Source: Rhizodiscina lignyota (Eukaryota). From it: DNA of 64,000 bases. The stretch spans positions 124,001-188,000 of the forward strand of contig ML978144.1 in assembly GCA_010015805.1 (NCBI GenBank). The letters are read 5' to 3'. Made by a program: the position numbers and the translations under genes. How positions within the stretch are numbered: position 1 is the stretch's first letter; each line of letters begins with the position of its first letter. The notes below the pieces were generated by a model. The model was not told the DNA's origin. It was given only the letters and a program-made list of their open reading frames with translations, and searched no databases. Shown piece after piece: positions 48,183 through 60,909 of this stretch.

Positions 48183-49121
48183 TCATTCTGGTACAGTTAA
48201 CCTAATCTTCAGCAATTCTTTGTCAACTACCAACTCCTTCATGGACATAAACTCTTCCATATCCCATGTGGCATCGACATACCGACCCGCAAGCCATTCG
48301 CGTCTCTCTGCCGTCAGCCATACAATCGTGTCGGCAGGCAACTCATCGGTGTCCATTAGATAATGCTGAATCACCTCCGGAAGCTTGAGACTCATGTCGC
48401 TCACAATGGCTCCAGGATGCACTGCGTAGCTTAGCAGTCCTTTGTCACCATAGTCGTTAACCAACAACTCGGTCGTGCGGATGTTGACGAACTTAGTTAA
48501 GCAGTATCCACTGCATCCTGACGCTGGATGGAATGCTGTCGAAGAACAAAGATTGATCAGCGTCTTCGTCGGAGATTTGAAGAGCAATGGCAGGAAAGAG
48601 CGCGTGACGAGAAATGTGCCCTTGACGTTGACTTCCCACCCTTGCCACCAGTCGTCCGGGTCAAAATCTCCATGCAGTGCATATGCTGGTAGATATCCAG
48701 CATTATTGATGAGAATATCGAGGTGTCCGTACTTCTCGCCAAAGGATTTCGCGGCCGCTTCCACAGCCTTCCTATCTGTGATGTCGAGGCTTTCGGCGAA
48801 GACTTCTGGTACTTGTTTACCGGACTGTTTAGCGGCATCTTTGATCTCCTTTTCCAGATTCGAGATATCGGAGCGGGCACATACGCCGATGACCTTCGCG
48901 CCTGCTTTGGCATAGGAGAGAGCAATTGCTCGACCAATGGCTTTTGACGCGCCAGTAATAAAGACACGATGAGACGAGTGGTCAATATTTGCTGGGTTGA
49001 TGAGCGGGTATGTGTCGTTGTGTTTTTCGCGGGTGAAGCTCCATGCGCTCTCTTTCATGAATTTGGGAACCAAGGAGTTGAAGGACTCCACATCATGATA
49101 TTGATAACCTGCTGCTGGCAT
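48183..49121 (-). CDS. Short-chain dehydrogenase/reductase
   Basis: VFITGASKAIGRAIA, DILINNAG, W.VNVKG, Y-x3-K (YCLTK), HPG and DTDELPADTIVWL...WLAGRY. Likely ATG at 49121. Confidence 0.9.
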   Translation of the reverse strand: MPAAGYQYHDVESFNSLVPKFMKESAWSFTREKHNDTYPLINPANIDHSSHRVFITGASKAIGRAIALSYAKAGAKVIGVCARSDISNLEKEIKDAAKQSGKQVPEVFAESLDITDRKAVEAAAKSFGEKYGHLDILINNAGYLPAYALHGDFDPDDWWQGWEVNVKGTFLVTRSFLPLLFKSPTKTLINLCSSTAFHPASGCSGYCLTKFVNIRTTELLVNDYGDKGLLSYAVHPGAIVSDMSLKLPEVIQHYLMDTDELPADTIVWLTAERREWLAGRYVDATWDMEEFMSMKELVVDKELLKIRLTVPE

Positions 49122-49321
49122 GGTGGATAACAATTTCCGAAGTCTTCGTACTCCAAAAACAGCCAGATGTTGAAGTACAAAATGGATACTCGAAAATTTC
49201 TTGAGCCAACATAAATCTCTGGGCCTCACAGAGTTGCAAAAGGGCGGGGAACCTTGGGTAAATAGACTCTCAAACATACATCTGGTAAGGATTCTGGGAA
49301 TTTAGCTAACTCGATTGTCGT

Positions 49322-49343
49322 GGCGTATTCGGGGCGTATTCGG
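49322..49343. promoter_or_regulatory. Direct repeat GGCGTATTCGG x2 (CGG-N8-CGG), candidate Zn2Cys6 binding site
   Basis: A perfect 11-bp tandem containing CGG triplets, ~200 bp upstream of the SDR start and next to a Zn2Cys6 gene. Confidence 0.35.
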
Positions 49344-50146
49344 GGGAATCTTCCCTTCATGCTGACCACCAGTATCAGAGTAGGATTTCAATTACGTTAC
49401 TCGGTTGCAAGCCACATTTCAGTCCAAACCCAAAGCTCCAGCAAAGTGTCAGAGAGAGGATACTCTTGCACGGAAGCTCTCTTGATTTGCACTTTAAAGC
49501 CGTTGGAGTGGATATTGAAGATGAGCCCCACAGCGGAGCGGCCGCATGCGCACCATCGACAAGGATTACGATATGTCACTCTTGGCTTATACAAACTGTA
49601 GCTAGAATCAAGCTCCCGTTGATCATTCCCGACAGTAATATGGGCTACTACTCATTTGGTACATTTCAGAGTTTATCCTGGAAGCTGCCTTTTGTATTGG
49701 GGTACCGTGTACTTCGTACATACACACATGTACAAGACAGTGAAGACACTATTTTAACCAACGTTCGATGACATACCAATGTTCGCCTTTCGTGGTGACT
49801 TTGTGGTAGCAATAAGAAACTATACGGTTATATCCTCTCCAAGGTAAGTACAATCACTTATTCTTTATTGGGTCCGTGCATTAATGCTGATTTCGGGAGA
49901 CATTGCTGGAACCGTTGACGGCATATCGCAGATGACAGGGTGCTTATATTACACTCTCATTTTATAGTAGGATGACACTATGCTGGCATTATCTTGCTAA
50001 TGAACTGAATATGGGAGCTGAATTGCTCGGGCAATGCTTTGAAATCAAGGAAATCATGTGTCTCTATTCTGCAGAGCATGCCGACGATAGACGGATGATT
50101 CTCGCTCATGCACAAAAGGTGCAGCGTCGTTTTAGTTACTGAATAA

Positions 50147-51812
50147 TTATAATCTAATACTTGCGATCTTCTCGAGGAGCGTATCATTGGCTACTTCGCC
50201 TACACGCACAGCCCGGTCTCTAATCCACGTTTGCTGATCGTGTGAGGTGCCAGCAACAGCGAAGGCCTCCACCATTACATGAAACGGAAAAGTAAGATAG
50301 CTCAAAATGCTAGCCCTCATACCCTTTTCTGCTTTGGCATGGTTTTCGATGACCAGTTCTCCATCTCCATCCACAGAGCCGTCGAGAGAGATTTTGTTAA
50401 CGCAGTAAGGTATGCTCGCGCAGATATCGGCAATTAGATCCTGCATGCTCTTTGTGACAATCCGAATCGATAAGTCAACTTCATGTTGATGGTGGTCCTC
50501 AAGCAGACGGAGTAACTTAACGATAACAATTTTCAGAAGGATCCGTACACTTCGATATCGATTCCAGATTGCGGTGTGACCAAGACTTGAATACGTGTGA
50601 ATATCGCTTGTATAAGACGTGCCTGGAAATAACTCGCGGTCGACTTCGAAGGTTTTGTAACGCCAATCATGTGAGAGGCGGATCGTCCAGAGGAACATCT
50701 CGCTATCGAGACGGTTCGCTTGGTCGAGCAGCTGTCCGAGAGGATCCTGCGATGTACTGGGAATGCCATAGCTCGTTAAAGGTGTTTGTGCCTCCCGTTG
50801 GAGCCTGGCAACAGATACCATGAATCTGTCCAGCTCCAGTGACAGCCCGGACTCCCCAAACACCACGCCATCCTCTAACCATTTTGGTAAGCCTGTACTC
50901 CGGAGAAGCGCGCTTCGGATGACTTGTCGTCGAACAAGCTTGTCGAGGTTTAGGTTACGCTGTTCTGTCGAAAGCAGCTGTTGGCGGGCCTTCAACACTG
51001 CAGTCGCTCCATCATGGTGACAGAATGCTCTATTCATATGTTGAAAGAGTTCGACTCTGCTTTTTGTCTTGTCTTCAAATCCAGAATTTATGTTCTGATT
51101 CTGATCAGCCGGGATCATACGAGTAGAGTATGATGAATTACTTACTTCGTAAAAGCTGAGGATCATAGTTGCCAGCAACGTCTCATCGGAACAAGACTCG
51201 ACTGGGTCTTGAAGCGACCGCTTAATCATATTTACTGCTTGAATATACATAAATGTTGATGCCTTTGATGCGGCCAGAATGTCTCTTGCTTTGCCAAAGG
51301 CGGAGTAAGATGTTGCGAGCATTGCCAAGTAAAATGCTGAATCCTTTTGGGCATGAGTCCATGTCAGTGGTAAGTACTTCATATGTTCCTGAGCAGCTTC
51401 AATGACTTCAACGGGAGGAATGACATGGTGATGAAAGTAGTATGCAATGGCTTGATCCTCCCACGATGTCGTCAAAGAGTGGGTAAGCCCCTGGGATCCG
51501 TCATTTAATGATACAGAGCTAAACTTGAAGCCCGTCCTTTTTTTGGCCGTCGATTTGGGTTCTCTGAGAACCCTCCTCTGGCGTGATGGCGAAGACGTCG
51601 TCTTTGGGCCCAAATTCTCCAGTACGAAAGCAAACTTCGGCTCTTTTTGTTCTGAAATGAAGCATATGCGATTTGCGCGTTGGCATTGGCCACAATTTGG
51701 GCGTGCTCCATCGCACTGGTGATAGTTAGTGCTGTCACTTGCAGGCCAGGGGCTTACGTACCTTCACACGCCGCTTTCTGCAGGTCTCACAGCCGTCACC
51801 CCAAGCCATCAT
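50147..51812 (-). CDS. Zn(II)2Cys6 transcription factor
   Basis: The spliced N-terminus MMAWGDGCETCRKRRVK|CDGARPNCGQCQRANRIC gives C-x2-C-x6-C-x6-C-x2-C-x6-C. It continues into ORF 50147-51613 (H.DGA.A.L..R; WNRYRSVRI; ICASIPY). Confidence 0.92.
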
Positions 51813-52123
51813 CTATGCATTGTTCGAGCATCCCAATGAAGAAGGAATTGGGTACTTTTCCGTGTGGATGTTCATGTTTGAGATTATTTCGTTAGTTTGA
51901 CTCCCTTCTCGGCGATAACACAAAATCCGCCGATCCCCGTGACGTGTGTGGCTGAAACATTTCCTGAACCTCCGCCACAAACTTCAGGTCGTAATCGTTG
52001 CAAATTTTCTAGTCTTCATCTCCATATACATTATCACTTATAACATTGAGGCAACAATAGACCATTCCTCGACATACAGCTCCAATTTACAATCTATGCT
52101 TGCGTCAACTGTATTAACGTCCC

Positions 52124-53347
52124 CTAAAAGTGCCCAACTACAGATTTCGGCTTGTACGGCTCCTCGAGATACTTCATCTCCTCGTCGGACAAGACTCTTT
52201 CCTTCAGACCGCAGGCCTCGTCAATTCTTCTCACTGAACTGAATCCAACGATCGGGATGGTCCCTTTCTGAATCACCCAGCCGAGCGCGACTTGGCTCAT
52301 GGTCCACCCTTTATCCTTACTTACCTTCTCGACTCGGTCGATGATTTCATTATCAGCATCACTTCTACCTGCAAAAGACGGGCCCATGCCTCCTTTCGAG
52401 CGGGTAGTCTCCTCCCCTCGTGGACGTGCCAATAACCCAGCAGACAGAGGACCGTATGGGATCAGGCCCACGCCTGTCTCTTTGCAGAATTTGATCTACC
52501 GCGCTGGTTAGCCTTTATCATTGAAAGCAGAAATAATCAGCGCACCATTTCTCTCTCCTCTTCTCTGTATCGTAAATTGTATGAGTTCTGCATGCTGACA
52601 AACTTGGTCCATCCATTTTTCTCCGCTACGAACTGCAGAGTCGCGAATTGATATGTCCACATGGAGCTTGCTCCAATATATCGGACCTTTCCACTCTGGA
52701 TGAGATCATGCAGCGCTTTCATTATCTCTTCCGGCTTGACAGATGAATCGTAGCGATGAATCTGGAGGACATCGATGTAGTCCGTCTCAAGGCGCTTCAA
52801 CGATGCTTCGACGGCATTGAAGATGGCCGCCCTCGACAATCCTGGAAAGTCCATCAGTCCTTGATACTAGTTCTTGGCAGTTTGTGTGGTTACTGACCGC
52901 TCTGGTTAACGTAATCCTTGCTATTTCCAATGCCGGGAACCATCGCCGCATTTGTGGCTGTCTCTTCGCCAACTGCCAAGAAACATTTGGTCATCAGGAT
53001 CACCTTATGGCGGGGTATCCCAAACGTTTTAATTGCTTTTGCGAGGATCTTTTCGCTTCGACCGTTTGAGTATGCATTGGCCGTATCCCATGTGTTCAGT
53101 CCTTCCCCCAGTCAGTCTGAGGATAGGGAGTCAGAGAAGCTGTCGCACCTTTATCCCAAGCGGCTTTCAGCACCTGCAGTGCCTCCTTCTCATCGATCAC
53201 CCAGTCCGCCCACTGCTTGCTACCAAGGGACATTGCACCCAGAACTGGTACTGAGACTCTTAATCCGGATTCACCGAGTTGGGCATATGAAACTTTCGTC
53301 TCATCAAAGCTTGCTTGAAGAGCTGCTGGCAGGTTTCGGCCGGCCAT
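52124..53347 (-). CDS. Aldo-keto reductase (aryl-alcohol dehydrogenase-like)
   Basis: [78 protein letters not shown] and [12 protein letters not shown]. Two introns. Confidence 0.93.
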
Positions 53348-54480
53348 TATTCGAGAAAATATGAGATAGTTTCGCGATTTTTGTACTTTTGACTTTGTAT
53401 TCCGATGCTGAGGAATTGATGAAATCTGGCTGGCTTTGGCCTTGCGCTTGAGGGCTTAAATATTTGAATGATCAACCAGTTGTGTTTCTCTCCGTCGTTC
53501 GTATTTCGCCATCCCCGTTACATTATTTCACCATTAATCATGTATTTCTAAGGTTTATGGCTTTGTTCCGCGCTTTCAATTCTCCACACTGACAAGATTT
53601 AGACCGAATCTCCATGCGCTTCCTGTTATGGCAAGTATCTCTCCGGATTGAGCAACGATCATCAGGACGGCGTTAAGAATCGCAATTGGCCTAGGCCCAA
53701 TTTAGAAAGTATAGCGTCCATATTAGGCGAAGCGCCCGGAAGGAATGTTTCAGGCGACCCTGGAACCCTTTTAAAAGCCCGTAACCCTCAGAAATGGAGC
53801 TCTCGGAAGGACATGAACGGAAACGGAGGGCAGATATCTCTTCTCGTGACCTTGACGTCTTCGAGGAGATGGCCTGCAGTCCCTCTGCAGGACACTGATT
53901 CGATCTGCCCAGTACGTAGTGTCATTAGGAACCCGCCATACCGGCCTGTCGCGGACGAGGCAATTTGCTATCCTCACTGGAGCCTATCCCTCTCTGGACC
54001 AGGAGCACATGGGTTCGAGACTGTATTTTGCGAAGGTATCTTTATCAAAAGGGCTGCAGAAAGGGAGCACTTCGTTGGGCTTTTTGTTCGCAAACCATCA
54101 GTTTCGCGATCTCGCTTCTTAATTCGGGCCGTATGCGAGGCATGAAGCGATACCGGCTCCCGCAGCCTGCCAAACAATATGCGAAATCCAAATATTCGCG
54201 GATTGGGTGACCTTGTCCGTTTGAACGGGAACAGCGGTCTCCCTGACATGGTATATGGCTGGATAAGTTACTATGTGGGCAATCATCATCGTGGTTTTTA
54301 CAGCCGAAGTCGTTGAAGAACGCCTTTCAAGGTTGGCATCCGCCGGTCGCTCCAATTGCTCCAAAGGAAAATTCGCCCTCCAAGGTTCCATAATCCGAAA
54401 CTTTATAAACGGCTTTAAATACTGGAGTGCTATCTCATTCATTTAATGCGAACGTTTCTAGAGCGTTCATTCAGTCAAGC

Positions 54481-55627
54481 ATGGCTTCTGCCGCTAAAGT
54501 TGCTCTAATTACTGGTGGAGGTAACAAATCCCTCTAACCGATTTGGTTTCTCCTGTACAACCACTGAACCAATCTCACAGCCTCTGGAATCGGTCTTGCA
54601 GTCGTTGTCAGGCTCTTAGAATCTGGCTGGAACTGTACCATCCTCGACTTTAATCTTCAGCATCTTGAAGAAGCCAAACAAAAGCTGGGACCGCAGGTAC
54701 TCTTTATCAAATGCAATGTCGCCAATTATGATGAGCAGTCCCGTGCCTTCGTACAAAGCTGGGAGAAATGGAGGAGGCTAGACTTTGGTACGCAAGATTT
54801 TAACACGACTTTTGCTTCTGTCCACTGACAATTGACAGTCTTTGCAAATGCGGTACGTTGCCCTTAAGATACGTTGCCCTTAAGCACTACGTGACAATTC
54901 TTCTGTTCCAACTGCCCATTTGGCTTCATTCTTACAGTTCGCAGGGAATTGGCGATCGTATCGATTGGCTGCAGCCCGCAAAAGAGCTTCCTAATGGCTC
55001 TCCCGAAAAGCCAGATATGATGGTAGTCGACATTTGTCTTACAGGTGCAGCCTACTCGAGCTATCTCGGTTTACATTATTTTCGAAAGTATTCATCTCCT
55101 GGCGGGAAAATTGTCTTTACAAGCAGCCAGGCTGGGCTATATCCTCATGGGCGCGGAACAATGTACACAGCGGCCAAGCACGCCGTAAGTGGATATCATC
55201 TCAAGACTCGCTACAAAGATTCATTGAATGCTTATCTTCTTTACATCAGATCGTTGGTCTCACTCGGTCAATGGGAAAACGTCTCGGGAGTGACACCATA
55301 CCTATCACAGCGAACTGCGTCTGCCCAGGAGCCGTTATAACCAACATCAGAGCCGATGCCGTCAATCAGGCGACGCCACCGGAGCACGAAACACCAATCT
55401 CAACTGTTGTTCGAGCTGTCGAACAGTGTCTTGAGGACGACTCCTTCCAAGGTCGAGTACTAGAATGTAGCGGGGGGAACATACATAACGTTCCCATCCG
55501 CGAGTATCCCGATGAAACCACGAAGGCTCTTTGGTCTGGAGGTCACCGGGACAAGATAGATCAAGAGCTTTTAGCAAAACAGATGGCGGAAAAGAGGGCG
55601 ATCATAGCGAGGAATTTGGTGCATTGA
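54481..55627 (+). CDS. Short-chain dehydrogenase/reductase (15-hydroxyprostaglandin dehydrogenase-like subgroup)
   Basis: MASAAKVALITGG|ASGIG, KCNV, WRRLDF|VFANA|GI, GGKIVFTSSQAGLYP, YTAAKHA and NCVCPG. Four introns. Confidence 0.9.
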
Positions 55628-56145
55628 AGTCGTACTTTGTCCCGAGTTTGAGGCAATCGGATACCGAATTCGAGATCAAGCATGGAAGAGCCTTCTTTAA
55701 TTCTGTTCCTAACTCATATGATAATATATTTGAATTCAAGCATTAAGATCGTGCCCATTTGCCCAGTTTATATGATTGAGATCGTAAAATGGAGAGAGTC
55801 AATTGCTCCAAACCACAGAACTTGAAAACTTAACATTCAGCACCTGAAACTGGAAACAGCGCATAACCAGTCACTCCTTTACTGAACTTAGAAGTGGTTA
55901 GCCCTCAGTTTAATAGTACTGTCATGTCTGGAAGGTTGCAATTACATGTGTATACAATCTGGCTTTAAACATTCTGGAGGAACCGAGGCACAAAACCCCG
56001 CAGAATACTTGCTCTACTTGAATCCTTCTGTTCTCACGCGACCTCCAATTTGACTTGAAGTCACAAATTGTACAATCACCAGCAAGGAAAAGAAAATTTG
56101 CACTGCAAGCTTCAATTGCGCCTTGTATTCCAGTGCTGAACAACA

Positions 56146-56928
56146 ATGCCGTATCTTGATCGCTCAGGCGTGAAGCTTTACTACTCGGTCCATGGGAGCG
56201 GCACCCCTCTCATTCTCACACATGGATACTCCTCAACCTCAGACATGTGGCAAGGCCAGGTAGAAGCTCTTTCAAAGCAGTTCAAACTCATCATCTGGGA
56301 CATGCGAGGACATGGGAAATCCGACTATCCCGACGATCAGTCCCAATACAGCGAGGCCCACACGGTTGCAGACATAGAGGCGATCCTGAACGAAGTTTGT
56401 GGCTCTCGCCAGGCCATCGTCGGCGGTTTGTCTCTGGGTGGATACACATCTCTGGCCTTCTACCAGGTACATCCTGAACGTGTCAAGGCGTTGCTAATTA
56501 TCGATACCGGCCCTGGATTCAAGAAAGATGCAGCACGAGACGGATGGAACAAGACCGCACATGAGACTGCGCGACGTCTTGAAAGCGAGGGTCTCGCTTC
56601 TCTCCAAACTGCCAGTGCGGAGCGAAGGCTTGTTACACATCGAAATGCGAAAGGACTGGCGCTGGCGGCCAGAGGGATGCTTACGCAGCGTAACGCTTCG
56701 GTCATCAACTCGCTATCAGACATCAAGGTTCCGTCGATAGTCATAGTTGGCGCGGACGACAAGCCATTCTTAGCAGCCTCGGACTATATGGCGAAGAAGA
56801 TCCCCGGTTGCAAAAAGGTTGTGGTGCCGAATGCTGGGCATGCTGTGAATATTGATCAGCCCGAAGGTTTCTTAAAAGCTCTTATGCCCTTTCTAAATGA
56901 TGTGGAATCTCCAAAAGCTCGATTGTAA
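56146..56928 (+). CDS. Alpha/beta-fold hydrolase, intronless, bacterial-type (enol-lactonase/MhpC-like fold)
   Basis: PLILTHGY, WDMRGHGKS, nucleophile elbow GLSLGG, IVGADD and AGHAVNIDQP. Confidence 0.92.
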   Translation: MPYLDRSGVKLYYSVHGSGTPLILTHGYSSTSDMWQGQVEALSKQFKLIIWDMRGHGKSDYPDDQSQYSEAHTVADIEAILNEVCGSRQAIVGGLSLGGYTSLAFYQVHPERVKALLIIDTGPGFKKDAARDGWNKTAHETARRLESEGLASLQTASAERRLVTHRNAKGLALAARGMLTQRNASVINSLSDIKVPSIVIVGADDKPFLAASDYMAKKIPGCKKVVVPNAGHAVNIDQPEGFLKALMPFLNDVESPKARL

Positions 56929-58368
56929 GAGAAAGAAATTAGAAGAAAATCAATAAAGAATTGCGAGCTGTTTTTTGTAACTTTCCCAATCCGGTAATAA
57001 CCCCCGAAGCTGCCATGACAGGTTCTATAATCCAAAAAGTTGTGGATTCATTGAATCATGTGTTATAATGTCCATATGCAAAGTTTCCAGGAGGAATTCC
57101 AAGTTTGTACGTATCCCAAGATTACTTAACTGACCAGGCTGGCTATCGATCGTAAACAGACACGATTCTTGGTGGCAACGCCTTCGTACACTTCGTCAAA
57201 TTGTTGATGTTGTTCCCACCGAGCAAACTCAGCCTGACGTAGTCGCGAGAGAAATACTCGTTCCACTCGGCTTGGTTTTCGAAGTCAAGCTACCGGTGAA
57301 GCACCGGTGACGCGCATATTCAAGGTCTCGTATCTGCCCAATGTGGTCAACGGTGACAGTGGAGAGTTGTATTGGAGCAGCGAGTAGCTCATGGGCTTTT
57401 ACAAGCTATGCTGTAGTCCGTTTGCGTACTTCTGGATATCCCAAGCATGGTTGGGTCTTGGAAGAAGGTTACGGAAGCCATGTAAGGACAAAACCGGAGG
57501 AGAGCCAGAGCGGATTGCAACAGTGCCAGAGGAATTTGCAGGGAATTTGACGTGTGAAGGAGACCTTGATCTCCATGTCAAGAAGCAGGGTGATTGCCAT
57601 TAGCCGAATTGCAGATTTGCAATAAATACCACATATTTCAGTCCACTGCATTCCATAAACGATTCTTTTCCGATCCACAGTCAATTTCCTTGCGCTTTGA
57701 AATGAGCGGTATTCGTGTAAAGTGTTTGTAGTCATGCGGCGCGTACACGGTTGTCGTTATACACAATCTATTCGAAATACTGCTGGTAAGACACAATTCC
57801 ACCATTTGGGCATGAATAGTTTGAGTGTAATGTTGTACAAGCCGCTAAGCGCCATATCGTACCTATTGAAAGAACACCTTCCAAGCCATTTGGAAACTTT
57901 GTGGCTGGGATCGAGGTCCGTGCTTTCTGTCACAGTTCCTTCTATTGACGTGCGCAACCGAATGGGCGAATCTAACACTATTCCCAGCTTACTATTGGTC
58001 GGGAGATCTTTCTCTTCGGGATATCTCATTGTCATGAGGTAAAAGTGATCGTGTTTGCATTGTCTCGAGGAACGTGAAATCGCTCCGTCAGCCGTGTGTC
58101 TATCAGAAAGTGTTACTGGTGGTCATAAATTCTCGACCTTCATAGCAGGTTCTTCAACTTCTTACATCCTCGTGCTCCCGACATCCTGACCGAGCAACTC
58201 TTCAATCGAACCACACTCTTGGCAATTTAACTCTTTCACCCTACTCATCACCTTATTTCCACCAAAAGCCTTTGTGCGAACGGTACGCCTCGCTGTCCCT
58301 AATAGAATAATCATTATCTTCGTAGTCTGTATGCTGACGCAGTCTCTAACCATAGTAAAATCCGCAAG

Positions 58369-60909
58369 ATGTCTAGGAAGAACAACAAGAATAAGAGCCG
58401 CGCTCGTCGCGACAAGAAGAATGCTTCATCGCCTGAGGGCAGCGCCAATTCGTATGTCACACACACCTACCACGTCGCGAACTGTTTGATGCTTACATAT
58501 ATTCTCCAGGACAAACAATCATGCCCTCCCTCTTGCTGCTGAAAACACTACTGGTCAAGCCGCTTCTGTGGATGTTGAGGGCGCTCCTTCATCTTCACTA
58601 AACAGCGACACACAAAGCCATCATCGTGTCGTCTCCGATAGCAGCACCTTGGTGAACACATCTACTCCTGACACTACGCCAAAGAAGAACAGCTCTTCTA
58701 GCACTGGTACATCGTAAGCAAGAACTGATCAGTTGTGCACTTACTTTTCAAATCCTTGCTAATCATTTATAGGCCTGATGGTCGGACATCCCCAGAGTCT
58801 CCCAAGCCTCGCAAGACCCTAGCGCAGTACAAAGCTGAGCGTGCGGCAAAGCTGAATCCTTCACTCAAGCCAAAGGACAACGTAGACCTTAGCGACGAGG
58901 CCAAGGCCTTTTACGTCAACGCCCGCATCGCCGAGCTTCTTCAGGTTGCGCAGAGTTCGACCGAAGAGAACGAGAGCAGCCAGGACAAGCCCACCAAGGA
59001 CCAGAAGGAGGAGAATCTTGCACACCAGAACGAGGTTGTTGAGGAGGCTGCAGAAGTAACTGCAGAGGTCGAGAAGGCTAGCATCAAGGCGGTACTTGAA
59101 CAGATCGACTTTGCACCGGCGAATATTGATCATCAGCCCCAGCGTCGCTTGTCCAAGGGCAAATCATCCCCAGCTGGTAGTCCTCGCCGCACGAAATCGA
59201 CAGCCTCAATGGAAGATGTTGATATTCCCACATTTACTCCAAAGATCGACATGGACTTCACTACTTCTTTCAAAGGCGTCGAAGAGCAGCCGGCGTCCAA
59301 CGATACCAACTCTTCACCGCTTTCTTCCCGTATCGGTAGTCCGAAGATTAGTACTGCGCTGGAGTCTGCAGTTATCCAATCCTTGAAGGGCAAGCTTCAG
59401 GAACCTCGTCGCATGACGATTTCCGACCAGAAACGCCTCATCAATCCTCCTGAGAAGTTTGCTGACTTGGAGGCGGAGGCAGCAAACGGCGCAGACATTT
59501 CGTGCATACGTTGGGTACGTGCATTCTGCGCGCCTTGGGAGTGCGCTTGGGTTCGAACCGAAATCCCAGAGAAAGTACAGGATCGGATGCTCTTGAAAGA
59601 TCTCCCGGTACGCTTCTTAGGGTATTCCCCTGTTACGGGATACGTTGATTACTCAAAAGAGGGCTTGAAGGATGGGAAGAAGAAGCTGAGAGCCTCGACG
59701 ACAAGCGCTTCCAGGAAGGATAGCACAAGCTCGAGCTCGGCGAGCGACTGCACAGAATCCGATGATTCTCAGTCACCGGACATTACTCAGCTACCAGATG
59801 CTTCTCACTCGTCAGATGCCTCGCATTCGGCAGATGCTCTTCACTCACCAAATGGTTCTCACTCGCTGGAAGCTCCTGAGGATGAGACTATTCCAGAGAC
59901 CATACACAACATTGATGATCCCACGGGCGTAACTGACATCCCGGAACCGCCACCGAAGGCCGAGCTTGCGGTTCATTGCCCAGTTCCAGAGAAGGGTTTG
60001 GGCGCAGTACAAGATGAGGTCTCTAACGAGAACGGGGTATCTAAAGAGCAACAAGGTGGTCAGGAGCAGGAGATTTCGAATGAACAAGATATTCCGTCGA
60101 ACGAGGAAGCTTTGAAGGAAGCCGAAATTCCGAACGATGAGGCCCAGAGCGACGAAAATTCGAACGATGACCACCAACTTTCGAACGACAAGATCGAAAA
60201 GACCAACCTCCCTCCTTTCGTACCCAATGTTGGCGACCAGCTTTGTTGCTGCGCCAGCTGTATCATGGGGCTACCAAACGAGCACGATCCTTGCACCACC
60301 ATTACTGACAATGGCGTCCAACAAGCTTGGAACACCTACGACATGCACTTTGGCCAACCCAAGAGCCATCATAATGTTGAGAATAGCGCTGCAGCTGAGA
60401 CACCGGTCGTGATCGAGAAGGCGGGTGCAGTCCAGGAAGAAGCCACAGACCAACAGTCGCTGGACGCTCATAACTCCAATGACGAGGGTGGAGTTGAAGA
60501 AGACCTTACTCCTGGTGTCGGAAGCGCCGAAGGAACCGCAGTCATTCGCAGTGACTCTGCTCCTCTTGCAACAGAGGGTACAGTCGAAGAATTGGTCCAT
60601 ACCAATGTTCCGGTCGATTCCATCGCAAACGATCCATCTCCTTTCAATGCCGTGGATCATGCCTACTCCGCTTCTTCCGATAGCGAGACCGAGCATGAAG
60701 AATGTGAAAGCATCAAACAGACAATGGCTGCCGCTTCAATCTCCGGTGAGGAGACGCGGAACATCGGCTCCGCTACTGTGCTAGAATTGATCGATAACAT
60801 TGATCAAGAGATCTATCACCATTCGGAAGCTGCAAAGTACCATCTCGCTGCGGTTGAGGCTCTACAAAAGAAGCGTGCTGCGATATTGTCGACAAGCGGG
60901 GCTCGATAG
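58369..60909 (+). CDS. Large acidic, low-complexity hypothetical protein
   Basis: ATG at 58369 (MSRKNNKNKSRARR). Introns at ~58452-58509 and ~58714-58772 join it to the 724-aa ORF. It has a small ordered core (CIRWVRAFCAPWECAWVR), a CCCASC cluster and DASHS repeats. Confidence 0.75.

Noticed and set aside
57100..58100. Fragmentary minus-strand reading frames between the hydrolase and the acidic protein
   Set aside because: There are multiple stops and no recognisable motif, so even a specific pseudogene call cannot be supported.
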